A stretch of 64,000 bases of DNA from positions 64,001 through 128,000 of the forward strand of contig CAWEEQ010000004.1 in NCBI GenBank assembly GCA_963808235.1. Direction: 5' to 3'. Shown one piece after another: positions 36,367-46,642 of the stretch. The notes below the pieces were generated by a model, which worked only from the letters and a program-made list of their open reading frames with translations, was not told the DNA's origin and made no database searches. The translations under genes and the position numbers were made by a program. Within the stretch, counting starts at the first letter, position 1; each line of letters starts with the position of its first letter. This stretch comes from an uncultured delta proteobacterium. GTDB taxonomy: Bacteria > Desulfobacterota > Binatia > Binatales > Binataceae.

Positions 36367-39072
36367 TCAGGCTGAACTGTTCATCCCCAGGCGCGGAGTG
36401 TTCAGGAGAGCTTCGAGCTGGCCCAGCGCGTTTTCGAGGTCGGCGTGTCTTTCGATCGCGTCGAGGAATGGATCGCGCTTGAGCCGGGTCATCCGGGGCG
36501 CGATGGTTTTAATGTTGTAAATCGACGGGTCCAGCGCCGGCTTGAGTTCGGTCCACTTCATCGGCGCGGAGACCGGCGCACCTTCGAGCGGACGCACGGA
36601 GAACGGCGCAGCGATGGTTTTGCCGTGGCCGAGTTGCAGGTAGTCGATATAGACGCGGCCCTGACGCGAGCGCGGGTTTCGATTGATGGTCGCAATTTTC
36701 GGAATTCGCCGCACCACGATTTCCGCGACCAGTTCGGAGAACATCTTCGCCTGCGCGTAGGTGTATTTTGGCGCCAATCCGACCACCACGTGGAGGCCCA
36801 TCTGGCCCGAGGTCTTGAGGCACGGCTCCAGACCCACCTCGCGCAGAACCGCGGCGGTCTCGCGCGCGACCTGCACCGCGAATCGCGTCGTTGATCCTTT
36901 CGGATCGATGTCGAACAAAAGCCAGTCCGGGCGCTCCAGATGTGTGATGCGCGACGACCAGATGTGAATGGTGATCGCGGCAAGATTTGCGATGTATGCC
37001 AGCGCCTCTTCGCTGTCGAGGATGAAGTAGCCGATCTCGCGCTTCGAATCTTCCGACCAAATTTTTTCAATACGAAGCCACGAGGGCGCAAATGCGGGCG
37101 CGTCCTTTTGATAGAACATCTTACCCGCGATACCGTCGGGATAACGGGTGAGCATCACCGGACGATCCTTGAGATAGGGGAGCATCCACTTCGAAATCGT
37201 GCGGTAGTACGTGACCAGGTCGCCTTTGGTATAGCTATCTTTGGGAAAAAAGATTTTGTCGGGATTTGTTACGGTCGCGATATCCGTGGCTGAGCGGTTA
37301 CTCTCAATCGAGTTGGTAGGTGAGTGAGTATTCGAATTGTTATTCGAGCCGGTATCATCGCCGGAGCCGGCGGCTTGCCTGATAGCTACTCCGCGATCGC
37401 CCGCATGTTCCTGCGCTGAGCGATCGGCTGTCGCGGGCGAGTCGAAATCGCGCGCGGGTCCCTCGTAGCTACATTCGCGCGGGTCGGTATCTTTGACGAG
37501 GCCCAGGAAACTGGGCTGCCTGATACCTCCGCCGTTCGTCCACTCCGTGAATCTGACTTCGCAGACCAGGTCGGGCCGCACGAAATGCACGTTTTTCCCC
37601 GGTGTGGGCTCGTCGCGGGCGGCCTTGCGAAATGGCGACGTCGATTGCACGCGCTCCTCGAGCATCGCGCCGATCTTGCGGAGCGTATCCTGATTGAAAC
37701 CGGTGCCGACCTTGTCGGTGTAGCGCAGTGCGCCGTCGGATTCATATTGGCCGAGCAGCAAGGCGCCGAAATGAGTGCGCGTTCCTTCCGGGTCAGTGTA
37801 GCCGCCAATCACGAATCGGCGAGTGAGCGGGCATTTGATCTTGAGCCAATCACCGCTGCGCGCGCCGCGATAAGGCGAGTCGCGCAGTTTGCCGACGATT
37901 CCCTCAAGAGCCTTTTCGGAGACCGCCGCGTAGAAATCTTTTCCTCGCTCGACGACGTGATCGCAATATCGGACCGGACCTTCGCCCAGGATTAGCGCGC
38001 TCAAGTTGCGCTTGCGCTCTTCGAGCGGCAGGGTTCGCGTGTCGAAACGATCGAAGGCGAGCAAGTCGAAAACAAAGTAGCGGACCGGAACGGCGAAACT
38101 TAAGCGCGCGATCTGACGCGGATCCTTCACGTGCATCCTGCGCTGGAGCAATTGAAAGCTCGGACGGCCATCGTCGTCCTGAGCTACGATTTCGCCGTCG
38201 AGGACGAATCGTTCGTAAGGAAGAGAATTCAAAGCGAGGATCACTTCCGGATAGCGCGCGGTAATGTCGGTGCCGCTGCGCGCGTAAAGATGCGCAGTTG
38301 CGCCGTCGCGAATAGCGACCGCGCGCACGCCGTCGTACTTGAGTTCGAACAGCCATCGCGGGCTGTCAAAGGAGTCGCCGCCAAGCTTGGCGAGCATCAG
38401 CTGAAAATCGGCGCGCTTCAGCGTTCCCGCGTGCTCCGGAAGTTTTGCACGCGCGAGCCGCTCGATAACTTTCTCGCCGACCGAGTGCGTATCGCGCATC
38501 TCCTCGATGGTCAGGCCCGACAGCACCGAGCGGGGATGCTCCTCGAGGACGTCGGAGCTGGTCGCGTATTGGTCGCGCTTCTTTATGAGCAACCAGTTCT
38601 GCTTGTCTTTCGGGGTGGTGCCGGGGCGTCCTCCAGTCCGCACCAGCGTGAAAGCGCCGTTAAGTTTGAAACCGTGGAGTTCGATATCCACTTTGCCTTT
38701 GCGTATCGCATTCGCGGCGTCACCCTCGCCCTCGAGGACTTTGTACACGCCGCGATCCCAGACGATAACCGCGCCGGCGCCGTAGTTGCCCTCTGGGATG
38801 AGGCCTTCGAAGTCGCCGTATTCGAGCGGATGATCTTCGACCGCAACCGCCAGGTGTTTATCGGCCGGATTGAGAGTGACGCCCTTGGGGACGGCCCACG
38901 AGCGGAGCACGCCCTCCATCTCGAGGCGGAAATCGTAGTGGAGTCGGCGCGCGGCGTGTTTCTGGATGACGAAGATTCCGCCGCTGGCAGGGTGCCCGGT
39001 CGCGACGGTCTGTCCGAACGGCTCGGGGGTGCGCTCAGCGTGTCGTTTTTCGCGATATTTGGTTAGGGGCAT
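36367..39072 (-). CDS. ligD: NHEJ DNA ligase D (PE-Lig-Pol)
   Basis: QKHAARRLHYDFRLE, ELKYDG, RYPDG, FDIDP, KTSG. Confidence 0.96.
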   Translation of the reverse strand: MPLTKYREKRHAERTPEPFGQTVATGHPASGGIFVIQKHAARRLHYDFRLEMEGVLRSWAVPKGVTLNPADKHLAVAVEDHPLEYGDFEGLIPEGNYGAGAVIVWDRGVYKVLEGEGDAANAIRKGKVDIELHGFKLNGAFTLVRTGGRPGTTPKDKQNWLLIKKRDQYATSSDVLEEHPRSVLSGLTIEEMRDTHSVGEKVIERLARAKLPEHAGTLKRADFQLMLAKLGGDSFDSPRWLFELKYDGVRAVAIRDGATAHLYARSGTDITARYPEVILALNSLPYERFVLDGEIVAQDDDGRPSFQLLQRRMHVKDPRQIARLSFAVPVRYFVFDLLAFDRFDTRTLPLEERKRNLSALILGEGPVRYCDHVVERGKDFYAAVSEKALEGIVGKLRDSPYRGARSGDWLKIKCPLTRRFVIGGYTDPEGTRTHFGALLLGQYESDGALRYTDKVGTGFNQDTLRKIGAMLEERVQSTSPFRKAARDEPTPGKNVHFVRPDLVCEVRFTEWTNGGGIRQPSFLGLVKDTDPRECSYEGPARDFDSPATADRSAQEHAGDRGVAIRQAAGSGDDTGSNNNSNTHSPTNSIESNRSATDIATVTNPDKIFFPKDSYTKGDLVTYYRTISKWMLPYLKDRPVMLTRYPDGIAGKMFYQKDAPAFAPSWLRIEKIWSEDSKREIGYFILDSEEALAYIANLAAITIHIWSSRITHLERPDWLLFDIDPKGSTTRFAVQVARETAAVLREVGLEPCLKTSGQMGLHVVVGLAPKYTYAQAKMFSELVAEIVVRRIPKIATINRNPRSRQGRVYIDYLQLGHGKTIAAPFSVRPLEGAPVSAPMKWTELKPALDPSIYNIKTIAPRMTRLKRDPFLDAIERHADLENALGQLEALLNTPRLGMNSSA

Positions 39073-39129
39073 TGGAGGGGAAATGCGGATCGGTAGTGAT
39101 CTAATTTGGTTTGAAAGTCTAGTCTACCA

Positions 39130-39440
39130 GACCGTCATCGAGCGATCTGAGAGTCGAGGTGGTGTGCGTAGATCTTAGAGGCAGAGTTGGCATTGCCTGG
39201 TGCCGCAAATCTGCAAGGTGTGCTGCTGCCAAGCGCCGAGAAAGATCCGGGGTTCCTCGGCTTCGCTCGGAATGACACAAAAAAAGACGGCGGAGCAGAG
39301 GCGGGCGACCTAACCCTGGCCCCTTTCCCTTGAAGGACGGGGAACCGCGTCGCACTTGGTCGATTCGGCAATTCGGATCGTGCTTGCTTTGGGCGTGAAC
39401 CTCTCCCTAACCCTCTCCTTGGACAAGGAGAGGGGAAAGC
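39130..39440. repeat. REP-like palindromic elements between ku and ligD
   Basis: CCTCGGCTTCGCTCGGAATGACA; CCTAACCC..GGGGA palindromes related to the 29881 element. Confidence 0.55.
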
Positions 39441-39461
39441 GTTGGGCAACTCGGCGATCGG

Positions 39462-40352
39462 CTAGCGGGCGCTGCGGGAGCGCGCTCGTTTTGGCTGGGA
39501 CTTGCGTTCCTCAGTCGCCTGGCGTTCCGCTTTGGACGATTTTGCGGATTCCTCTTTGCCCTCGGCGTTGAAGGCGACGCCGCGCTTTTCCAGCGAGGCT
39601 TTCAGCGCGCTCATCAGGTCGATCACGTTGCCGCGGCGAGCTTCCGGGGTGGGCTCGGAGATCTCGTGCCCGGCGAGTTTCTGCTCAGCCGCCTCGATTA
39701 CGCGCTCGCGATAGTTGTCCTTGTATTTCGAAGGCTCGAATTTCTTCCTGGTGAGGTCGGCGAGCAGGCGCTCCGCCAGCGCGAGTTCCGAATCTTTGAC
39801 CGCGGCGTCGGCTCCATGATCGATCTCTTTGAATGTTCGAATCTCATCTTCGTAGTACATCGTATGCAGCATCAGGCCGTCATCATGCGGCCGGATGAGC
39901 ACCAAGCGTTCCTTGCCACGCATCGTGAATTTGGCGAGTCCGACCCGGCCCGCTTTGGCCATCGCTTCCTTCAGCAGATGGTAGGCTTTCGCCGAAATCG
40001 GTTCGCATCCGAGCAGATACGAATTCTCGAAATAGACTGGATCGACTTCGGTGACCGGAATGAACTCCTCTATTTCAATTGCGCGATCAGCCTGCGCCTC
40101 GAGCTTCTTCAATTCCTCGTCAGTGAAGGTTACGTAGCGGCCCTTCTCGATCTCGTAGCCGCGGACCAGCTCGCTGCGGTCAATAATCTTTTCTTCCACC
40201 GGGCAGAAAATCTTTTCCTGGATCCGGCTCTTGTCCTTATCGTGGAGCAGGTTGAAGCGGACCGATTTCGAGCTGGTCGCCGGAAACAAACGGACCGGGA
40301 TCGAAACCAGGCCGAAGGTGAGACTTGCAGTCGATATCGAACGAGCAGGCAT
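39462..40352 (-). CDS. ku: NHEJ Ku protein
   Basis: LTFGLVSIPVRLF, LVRGYE, VIDLMSALKASL. Confidence 0.96.
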   Translation of the reverse strand: MPARSISTASLTFGLVSIPVRLFPATSSKSVRFNLLHDKDKSRIQEKIFCPVEEKIIDRSELVRGYEIEKGRYVTFTDEELKKLEAQADRAIEIEEFIPVTEVDPVYFENSYLLGCEPISAKAYHLLKEAMAKAGRVGLAKFTMRGKERLVLIRPHDDGLMLHTMYYEDEIRTFKEIDHGADAAVKDSELALAERLLADLTRKKFEPSKYKDNYRERVIEAAEQKLAGHEISEPTPEARRGNVIDLMSALKASLEKRGVAFNAEGKEESAKSSKAERQATEERKSQPKRARSRSAR

Positions 40353-40653
40353 CGCTGTAACCTCCAGGAATTCGGGGGGCCATATTACACCGGCGTTTTG
40401 CCGCGCAATAGTACCATCAACCGCCCATGGAGGGGTTATTGACGATATCAACCACGAGGCAATCGTCATGCCATCGGCGAAGATTTGGCCTCCATATCGT
40501 GGCCTAGCGGGGTCGACGATAACGCACGTCGCGATAGATTGGTCGCTCGACAAGCCTGAATAATTTTCACTATGGGCAATCGCGATCGTCGCGATTTGTA
40601 GCTCGCGGAACGAGATTCTCTAAACTTTTCCGACAGATTTTTGAGCAAATCGT

Positions 40654-40669
40654 TGGCAGCGGTCTTGCT
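40654..40669 (+). promoter_or_regulatory. sigma-54 promoter
   Basis: TGGCAG-CGGTC-TTGCT. Confidence 0.72.
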
Positions 40670-40750
40670 TCACACTAAGCCGAGCGACGCAGAGACGATC
40701 AGTCGCCACTCTTCCCGAGGGGAACCAGAAACGACCGTTGAGGGACTAAC

Positions 40751-41101
40751 ATGAACGTAGAAATAGCCAACGAACTGCCGAACATATTTCAGGGGTCCGA
40801 TATCCTGCCGGTCCAATACAATGACCTGTTCCGTCGGGGCACTCAGACGGCGGACGCCGAGCGGCGCCTTCTCTTCGCCCTTCTCGAGGACGGCATCCGC
40901 TGCTACTTGAGGTATCGCGATGCCGAGCGGAACTCGCCCCAGCGGCTCGAATTTCTCGAAGCTTCGAACTGGATCAATTCCAACGACGACGATGGACCGT
41001 TCGCCTTCGTAAACGTTTGCGAGGCGCTCGGTATCGACCCGAGCCATCTGCGCTACGGCGTGCATAAGCACGTTGGACAGCTCGAGGAGATCCGCATCTA
41101 A
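40751..41101 (+). CDS. Conserved-looking hypothetical protein
   Basis: AERRLLFALLEDGIRCY..W..FAFVNVCEALGIDP. Confidence 0.8.
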   Translation: MNVEIANELPNIFQGSDILPVQYNDLFRRGTQTADAERRLLFALLEDGIRCYLRYRDAERNSPQRLEFLEASNWINSNDDDGPFAFVNVCEALGIDPSHLRYGVHKHVGQLEEIRI

Positions 41102-41191
41102 GCCGATCGATCTCGGCACCACTTTGCATACATCTTACGCCGGGTAACCCTGCACCACCAATCCTGCACCCGGACACCTGGCGTGGGAAAA

Positions 41192-41224
41192 GAGAGGCGT
41201 TGGCTAAATCAGCCAGCGCCTTTC
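41192..41224. terminator. Intrinsic terminator
   Basis: AGGCGTTGGCT-AAATC-AGCCAGCGCCT-TTC between convergent genes. Confidence 0.65.
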
Positions 41225-41276
41225 TCGCATCAGGGCCTGAAACACAGGATAGCGTCGGCGACCGTTCGGAGAGCTC

Positions 41277-42116
41277 CTATTCGGTTGGTATCCGGGGCTG
41301 CTCTTCCGATTGGGGCGCAGTGGCCGGCGGCGTGACGCTCGGGGCAAGAGGCACAGATTGAGGGTTCGTCGATATCGCATTGCCGACGCTCGTCGTGGAT
41401 TCCCCGTCCGCCCACAGAGAGGTGCGGGTATCAGTTTGATGTGTCTCCTCGTTCAGTAGAGTCATCTGAATCGATGTGTACTCGCCCTTGGGGAAAAATA
41501 CATAGCCATTGACCGAATAGTTGGGATGGGCCACGCGAGGTTGCAAGGAGAGCTCGGAAATTTGAGTCTGAGCGTCGTGATGAGCTGCCGCTTGACCCTG
41601 CAGTCCACCCGCCACTCCGCCGCCCGCCGCGCCGATACTGCCGCCTAGCGCGGCGCCGAACAAAGCGCCCTCCGCCGGCGAGGCCACAATCATACCCACT
41701 GCGGCGCCAACAGCTGCACCCGTGGCTGCTCCGGCAAGCCCGCCGATCGCCGCGTTCTTCGCGGCGCCCGTCAACCCTGCCTTTAGAGCGTTTGAGTTGC
41801 CGGCCTCCTGGATCGCATCGTCGGCCGAAATCGGCATGATCCTTTGACCTTGCTCGTTGATAGCAAAAACTTGATCGGGCTCGATCAGGTACGGCTCGTC
41901 GGTTCCGTTTGCGACCGCGACATCGACGGGAACCATGCCACCGATCGCTTTTCCGGGCCGAACCTGCACCGTGACATCTCCCTTGGTCGGAGTAAGCGCA
42001 ACTCTAGGAGTGAGCGGAATCGGGCGCCAACTGGTGGAGCATCCGCCGACAGTGAACGCGAGCAGAACTGGCATCAACGCGGCCAATGCTGAACGATACG
42101 AGCAACTAATTGTCAT
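41277..42116 (-). CDS. Lipoprotein with glycine zipper
   Basis: Lipobox VGGC; GAAxGAAxG tract. Confidence 0.75.
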   Translation of the reverse strand: MTISCSYRSALAALMPVLLAFTVGGCSTSWRPIPLTPRVALTPTKGDVTVQVRPGKAIGGMVPVDVAVANGTDEPYLIEPDQVFAINEQGQRIMPISADDAIQEAGNSNALKAGLTGAAKNAAIGGLAGAATGAAVGAAVGMIVASPAEGALFGAALGGSIGAAGGGVAGGLQGQAAAHHDAQTQISELSLQPRVAHPNYSVNGYVFFPKGEYTSIQMTLLNEETHQTDTRTSLWADGESTTSVGNAISTNPQSVPLAPSVTPPATAPQSEEQPRIPTE

Positions 42117-42338
42117 AGCTATTTCCGGATCTCGCTAACTACAAAGTGGCTGGGCCTTAAACATGTCCCGTGCCGATAGCCGTTGTCAACGCTTTCGGGC
42201 GATCGTCACGCTCTTCGACAGAGTGAAAGTGTTGCGTCCGCCGACATGCGGTTCCTTGTTCTGCCTCCGAGTCTCCGGTTATATGACCAAAGTCCAATAG
42301 CCACTTGGAAAAGCGCTCCAAATGTTCAAAATGATCTG

Positions 42339-43016
42339 ATGAATCCGGTGTATAACCAGCCGCTCGACGATCCCGCGCTTATCGCTTGCCAGCACTGCGA
42401 CCTGCTCCAGCGCCTTCCCGAGCTTGCGCCGGGCGCGTCGGCGCGATGCCCGCGATGTAACAAGGAACTGCACCGGCGGCGCGAGGACTCGCTCAACCGG
42501 ACGCTCGCGCTGGCGCTTGCGGCGGCGGTGCTCTACGTGGTCGCGAATTCGGTTCCGATGCTCGGTCTGACGATCGTCGGGCGCGACGCATCCACCACGG
42601 TGTTCGGCGGCGTGCAACATCTATGGGACAACGGCGATCAGATCGTCGCGATGCTGGTGTTGTTCACCGCTATCGTCGCGCCGGCACTGCAGATCGGGCT
42701 GATGCTGGCGATCGTGCTCGGAGGTATGCGCCAACGACCGCCGAGATGGGTGGGAGCGTTGCTACGCTACCATCCGACCACCAGGATCTGGAGCATGATC
42801 GAGGTCATGATGGTCGGGGTGCTGGTCGCGCTGGTCAAGATCGCGGACTACGCAACTGTGATTCCCGGAGTGGCGCTGTTCGTTCTCTGGGTGCTGGTTT
42901 TCCTCCTGGCCGGGATGTCGGCCAGCTTCGACTCCAGTGAAGTGTGGAAGAAGATCCAGTGGGCGGACGAAGCGCATCGCGATGCCGGCCGTAGCCTCGT
43001 GGAGGGCACCTCGTGA
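42339..43016 (+). CDS. pqiA: Paraquat-inducible protein A (first half-gene)
   Basis: CQHCD..CPRC, WSMIEV. Confidence 0.9.
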   Translation: MNPVYNQPLDDPALIACQHCDLLQRLPELAPGASARCPRCNKELHRRREDSLNRTLALALAAAVLYVVANSVPMLGLTIVGRDASTTVFGGVQHLWDNGDQIVAMLVLFTAIVAPALQIGLMLAIVLGGMRQRPPRWVGALLRYHPTTRIWSMIEVMMVGVLVALVKIADYATVIPGVALFVLWVLVFLLAGMSASFDSSEVWKKIQWADEAHRDAGRSLVEGTS

Positions 43017-43654
43017 GCGCGCCCGCCATCACCGCGATGCAGCAAGGTCTGCAGAGTTGCGACGGATGCGGCCTGCTATCGCGTCCCGCGACTGGCGAGG
43101 TCGAAGGGCGATGCCCGCGCTGCGATGAGGAACTGGTCTTTCGCAAGCCCCAGAGCTATCAGCGCACGTGGGCATACCTGATCGCCGCGGCAATCTGTTA
43201 CATCCCGGCCAACGTACTTCCCGTCTTGACCACTACGACGGCGGCGGGCGCCGAGTCCGATACGATTTTGCAAGGAGTCGTGCTGCTGTGGTCGCCGACT
43301 GGATGGCCGCTGTCGATAATCGTGCTGGTCGCGAGCATCATGATCCCGAGCGCGAAGATCGTGGCGCTCGCGTACCTGCTCGTCACCGCGCAGCGGGGCT
43401 CAGTCGCGAACAATGAGCAGCGCGTGCGGCTCTATCGGATGGTCGAGTTCATCGGGCGCTGGTCGATGGTCGACGTTTTCGTCGACACTTTCACCGCGGC
43501 CCTTATCCAGCTTCAACCGCTCATGTCGGTGGAGCCCGGCCCCGGATTGATTTTCTTTGCCGCGGTAGTGGTGTTCACGATGCTCGCGGTTGAGTCGTTC
43601 GATCCGCGGCTGATCTGGGATTCAGCAAGTTCGAAAGAGGTAACATATGCCTGA
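43013..43654 (+). CDS. pqiA: Paraquat-inducible protein A (second half-gene)
   Basis: CDGC..CPRC, YIPANVLP, GRWSMVDVF, FDPRLIW. Confidence 0.92.
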   Translation: MSAPAITAMQQGLQSCDGCGLLSRPATGEVEGRCPRCDEELVFRKPQSYQRTWAYLIAAAICYIPANVLPVLTTTTAAGAESDTILQGVVLLWSPTGWPLSIIVLVASIMIPSAKIVALAYLLVTAQRGSVANNEQRVRLYRMVEFIGRWSMVDVFVDTFTAALIQLQPLMSVEPGPGLIFFAAVVVFTMLAVESFDPRLIWDSASSKEVTYA

Positions 43655-45236
43655 GAGCGAACCACCACGGCCTTCCGTGCCCGAGTCGCGGACGGTGGAA
43701 AAAAAACGCACGCGGCTCTCGCTGGTTTGGTTCATCCCGATCTTGGCGGCGGTGGTCGGCGCATGGGTGGCGGTGACGAGATATTTGAGTGAAGGGCCCC
43801 GGATAACAATCGTAATGAAGTCGGCCGAAGGACTGGAGGCGGGTAAGACCAAGATCCACTACAACGGCGTCGACGTCGGCACGATCACCAAGATTCGGCT
43901 CTCGGACGATCATCAGCGCGCCATCGCAACCGCCGAGATGGCGCCCCGGACGGAAGAATTTCTGGTCACCGACACGAAGTTCTGGGTGGTGCGGCCGCGC
44001 ATCTCGGGCGCCAACGTCTCGGGGCTGGGCACTTTAATTTCCGGGTCCTACATAGGCATGGAGATCGGCACGTCCAAAGAGAGCAAGAGCGACTTCGTGG
44101 CGCTCGAAACGCCGCCAGTGATAAGCGGTGACGTTCCCGGCCGCTTTTTCATCCTCAAGACGCCTGACCTGGGTTCGCTGGATACCGGCACTCCGGTGTA
44201 CTTCCGGCGCCTGCAAGTCGGCCAGGTCGCATCGTACAAGCTCGACGATGATGGCAGGAATCTGACCGTCAAGGTGTTCGTGCAGACGCCCTACGATCAG
44301 TACGTGAACCCGGACACGCGCTTTTGGCACGCGAGCGGAATCGATCTGTCGCTCTCGGCGAGCGGGCTCAGCGTGCAAACCCAGTCGGTGCTGTCGATTC
44401 TGATCGGGGGCATCGCATTCGAGACCGCGCCGACGGTTATAGTTTCGCCGCCGGCCGATGAGAACACCGTCTTCACCCTCTATAGCAGCCGATCGGAGGC
44501 CTTTAACCCACCACCGCGCAATCCGCAGACTTACCAACTCGTCTTCAAGGACTCGGTGCGCGGGCTGGTGGCGGGAGCTCCGGTCGAGTTTCGCGGCATT
44601 CCGATAGGCGAGGTTTCCGATATCACCGCGCAAATCGATCTCAAGACTTTCGATTTCTCGGTGCCAGTGACTATCCGCCTCGATCCGCGCAGACTCGGGG
44701 TCAAGATCTTCGATCTGGGCGCGGGCATGAACCTCGAGACGATGCGTCGGAGGTTGATCGACAGCCTGATATCGCACGGAGTCCGTGCGCAGCTCCGGAC
44801 CGGGAATCTGCTGACCGGGTCCGCATACGTTGCGCTCGACTTTTTCCCCAACGCTCCCAAGGCGGCTGTTGATTGGTCACAAAACCCGGTCCAGTTGCCA
44901 ACTACTCCCGGACAATTCGAGGCGACGGAGGCCACCGTCGAGAGCATCATCAACAAGGTCGACCAGATGCCCATGAAAGAGATCGGCGACAACTTGAGCA
45001 AGGCGCTCGTTGACCTGGATGCTACCCTGGTCAGCGCGCGCGGCACGTTGGTAAGTGCGCAAGGCACCCTCGATAACACCGGCAACCTCACCGGGCCCAA
45101 TTCCGTGCAGGTCCAGCAATTGGACCAGACGCTGCGTGAGATCGCCCGGGCGGCCCGATCGGTGCGAGTGCTCGCAGACTATCTCGAGGCTCATCCCGAA
45201 GCGCTCATTCGCGGCAAGACCGGGGAGGCGAAGTGA
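43647..45236 (+). CDS. pqiB: PqiB MCE-domain protein
   Basis: Three MCE domains; AEGLEAGKT, FWVVRPRI, PEALIRG. Confidence 0.95.
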   Translation: MPESEPPRPSVPESRTVEKKRTRLSLVWFIPILAAVVGAWVAVTRYLSEGPRITIVMKSAEGLEAGKTKIHYNGVDVGTITKIRLSDDHQRAIATAEMAPRTEEFLVTDTKFWVVRPRISGANVSGLGTLISGSYIGMEIGTSKESKSDFVALETPPVISGDVPGRFFILKTPDLGSLDTGTPVYFRRLQVGQVASYKLDDDGRNLTVKVFVQTPYDQYVNPDTRFWHASGIDLSLSASGLSVQTQSVLSILIGGIAFETAPTVIVSPPADENTVFTLYSSRSEAFNPPPRNPQTYQLVFKDSVRGLVAGAPVEFRGIPIGEVSDITAQIDLKTFDFSVPVTIRLDPRRLGVKIFDLGAGMNLETMRRRLIDSLISHGVRAQLRTGNLLTGSAYVALDFFPNAPKAAVDWSQNPVQLPTTPGQFEATEATVESIINKVDQMPMKEIGDNLSKALVDLDATLVSARGTLVSAQGTLDNTGNLTGPNSVQVQQLDQTLREIARAARSVRVLADYLEAHPEALIRGKTGEAK

Positions 45237-45826
45237 TGACGGCGCGTATCACACAACTGATCTCGATCGCGATGCTCGCGGCGATCGTGGCCGGATGCAG
45301 CACGGCGCCGGCGCGATTTTACGCGCTCGACTCCACCGCGAGCGCCGACGGCGCGGCGCCCGCCCACGCCTCGGTCATGGTCGGCCCGGTCACCGTTCCT
45401 GCCGCGGTCGACCGGCCGGAGTTCGTCGTCCAGGTCGCGCCGAACCGCGTCGACGTCGATGAGTTCAACCGCTGGGTCGCGCCACTGGGCGACGCTATCG
45501 CGCGCGCCGTCGCCGGCGACCTGGTGGCGATGCTCGGGACGCCGGACGTGGCGACCGAGACGCTTGCCAACTTCAATCCTGACTACCGAGTCACGATCGA
45601 TGTCCAGCGCTTCGACTCGATTCAGGGCCAATCGGCAGTGCTCGAAGCGGTATGGACCGTGCGCAAGACTGTCGGCACAGAATCCCGCTCCGGCCGCACC
45701 GTAGCGCACGAACCGGTGCAAGGACAGAGTTTCGAGGCGCTCGCCGCCGCGCACAGCCGCGCGCTCGCGAAGATGAGCGGCGACATCGCCGCCGCAATCC
45801 GCGCCGAAGCAGAGCAGAAGCAATAA
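45233..45826 (+). CDS. pqiC: PqiC lipoprotein
   Basis: VAGC lipobox; VGPVTVP..DRP, RWVAPL. Confidence 0.92.
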   Translation: MMTARITQLISIAMLAAIVAGCSTAPARFYALDSTASADGAAPAHASVMVGPVTVPAAVDRPEFVVQVAPNRVDVDEFNRWVAPLGDAIARAVAGDLVAMLGTPDVATETLANFNPDYRVTIDVQRFDSIQGQSAVLEAVWTVRKTVGTESRSGRTVAHEPVQGQSFEALAAAHSRALAKMSGDIAAAIRAEAEQKQ

Positions 45827-45887
45827 CGATGGGGCAGCTGCCGGGACGAGGCCAGTTCTTCGCATCAAACTTCCAGGTAACGGTAGC

Positions 45888-45906
45888 GGTGCCGAGGGGC
45901 GGGGCT
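45888..45906 (-). repeat. Degenerate tRNA-Leu 3'-end fragment (att remnant)
   Basis: GGTGCCGAGGGGCGGGGCT vs tRNA GGTGCCGAGGG-CGGGACT. Confidence 0.55.
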
Positions 45907-46642
45907 AATCAGGGTCAATTGTGCGATGGAAATCGGCGTGCCAGGTTCTGACGGCTGGCAGCCCGTCCACTTCTAATTCCTGGCGCGCCTGTACCGACAA
46001 ATGGTCCAAATCTCTCTTTTGCACCAGTTCCTCTTCAACCAATGCCTGATGTCTTGGAACAGGAAGTAACCACCTCCAACCGCCGATGATCTTGAGCGGC
46101 ACAAAAGTGCGCGCGTAGATCTGGGTAGGAGTAATCGCATAGACCCTGTTGAAAATGTCGTGATGATCCACTTGGACAAAGGCGAAACTGAAGCCTAGAT
46201 GCGTGGCCATATCTTTGATCAAGGATGGCGCCGCGAATCCCGCCTCGAGCTCGGCAACCGGAACGTCGATATGATTTCGCCGGTAACAGAATACGATTCG
46301 ACCTGGCCTACTGATGGTCACGTCTTGGAAATTTCCATCCGCCGAATCGTATCGCTCGACCGTCCCTTCCCAGCATCCAATGAATGGTGACGGTATCAGT
46401 GGGTTGGCCAGAGGCGGTGGGGGCGGTGGCAGTGCCCCGTCTACCAGGGGCGGCAACTCGAGAATGCGATTATTCTGCGACGGCGTGACCGCGAGAGCTT
46501 GATTGCCTTGCGGCGATTGGCTAGCGGGGAACTGGCCGCGCGGCGGCGGTGCGAACTCCTGCTGCGGATCGGCGACCGCGTGGGTTGGCGCTATGATCGC
46601 CAGGGACGCCAACAACGAGATGACCAGTAGGCCGTTCTTCAT
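45905..46642 (-). CDS. Hypothetical exported protein
   Basis: Signal peptide, Pro-rich linker, FIGCWEG beta-domain. Confidence 0.65.
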   Translation of the reverse strand: MKNGLLVISLLASLAIIAPTHAVADPQQEFAPPPRGQFPASQSPQGNQALAVTPSQNNRILELPPLVDGALPPPPPPLANPLIPSPFIGCWEGTVERYDSADGNFQDVTISRPGRIVFCYRRNHIDVPVAELEAGFAAPSLIKDMATHLGFSFAFVQVDHHDIFNRVYAITPTQIYARTFVPLKIIGGWRWLLPVPRHQALVEEELVQKRDLDHLSVQARQELEVDGLPAVRTWHADFHRTIDPD

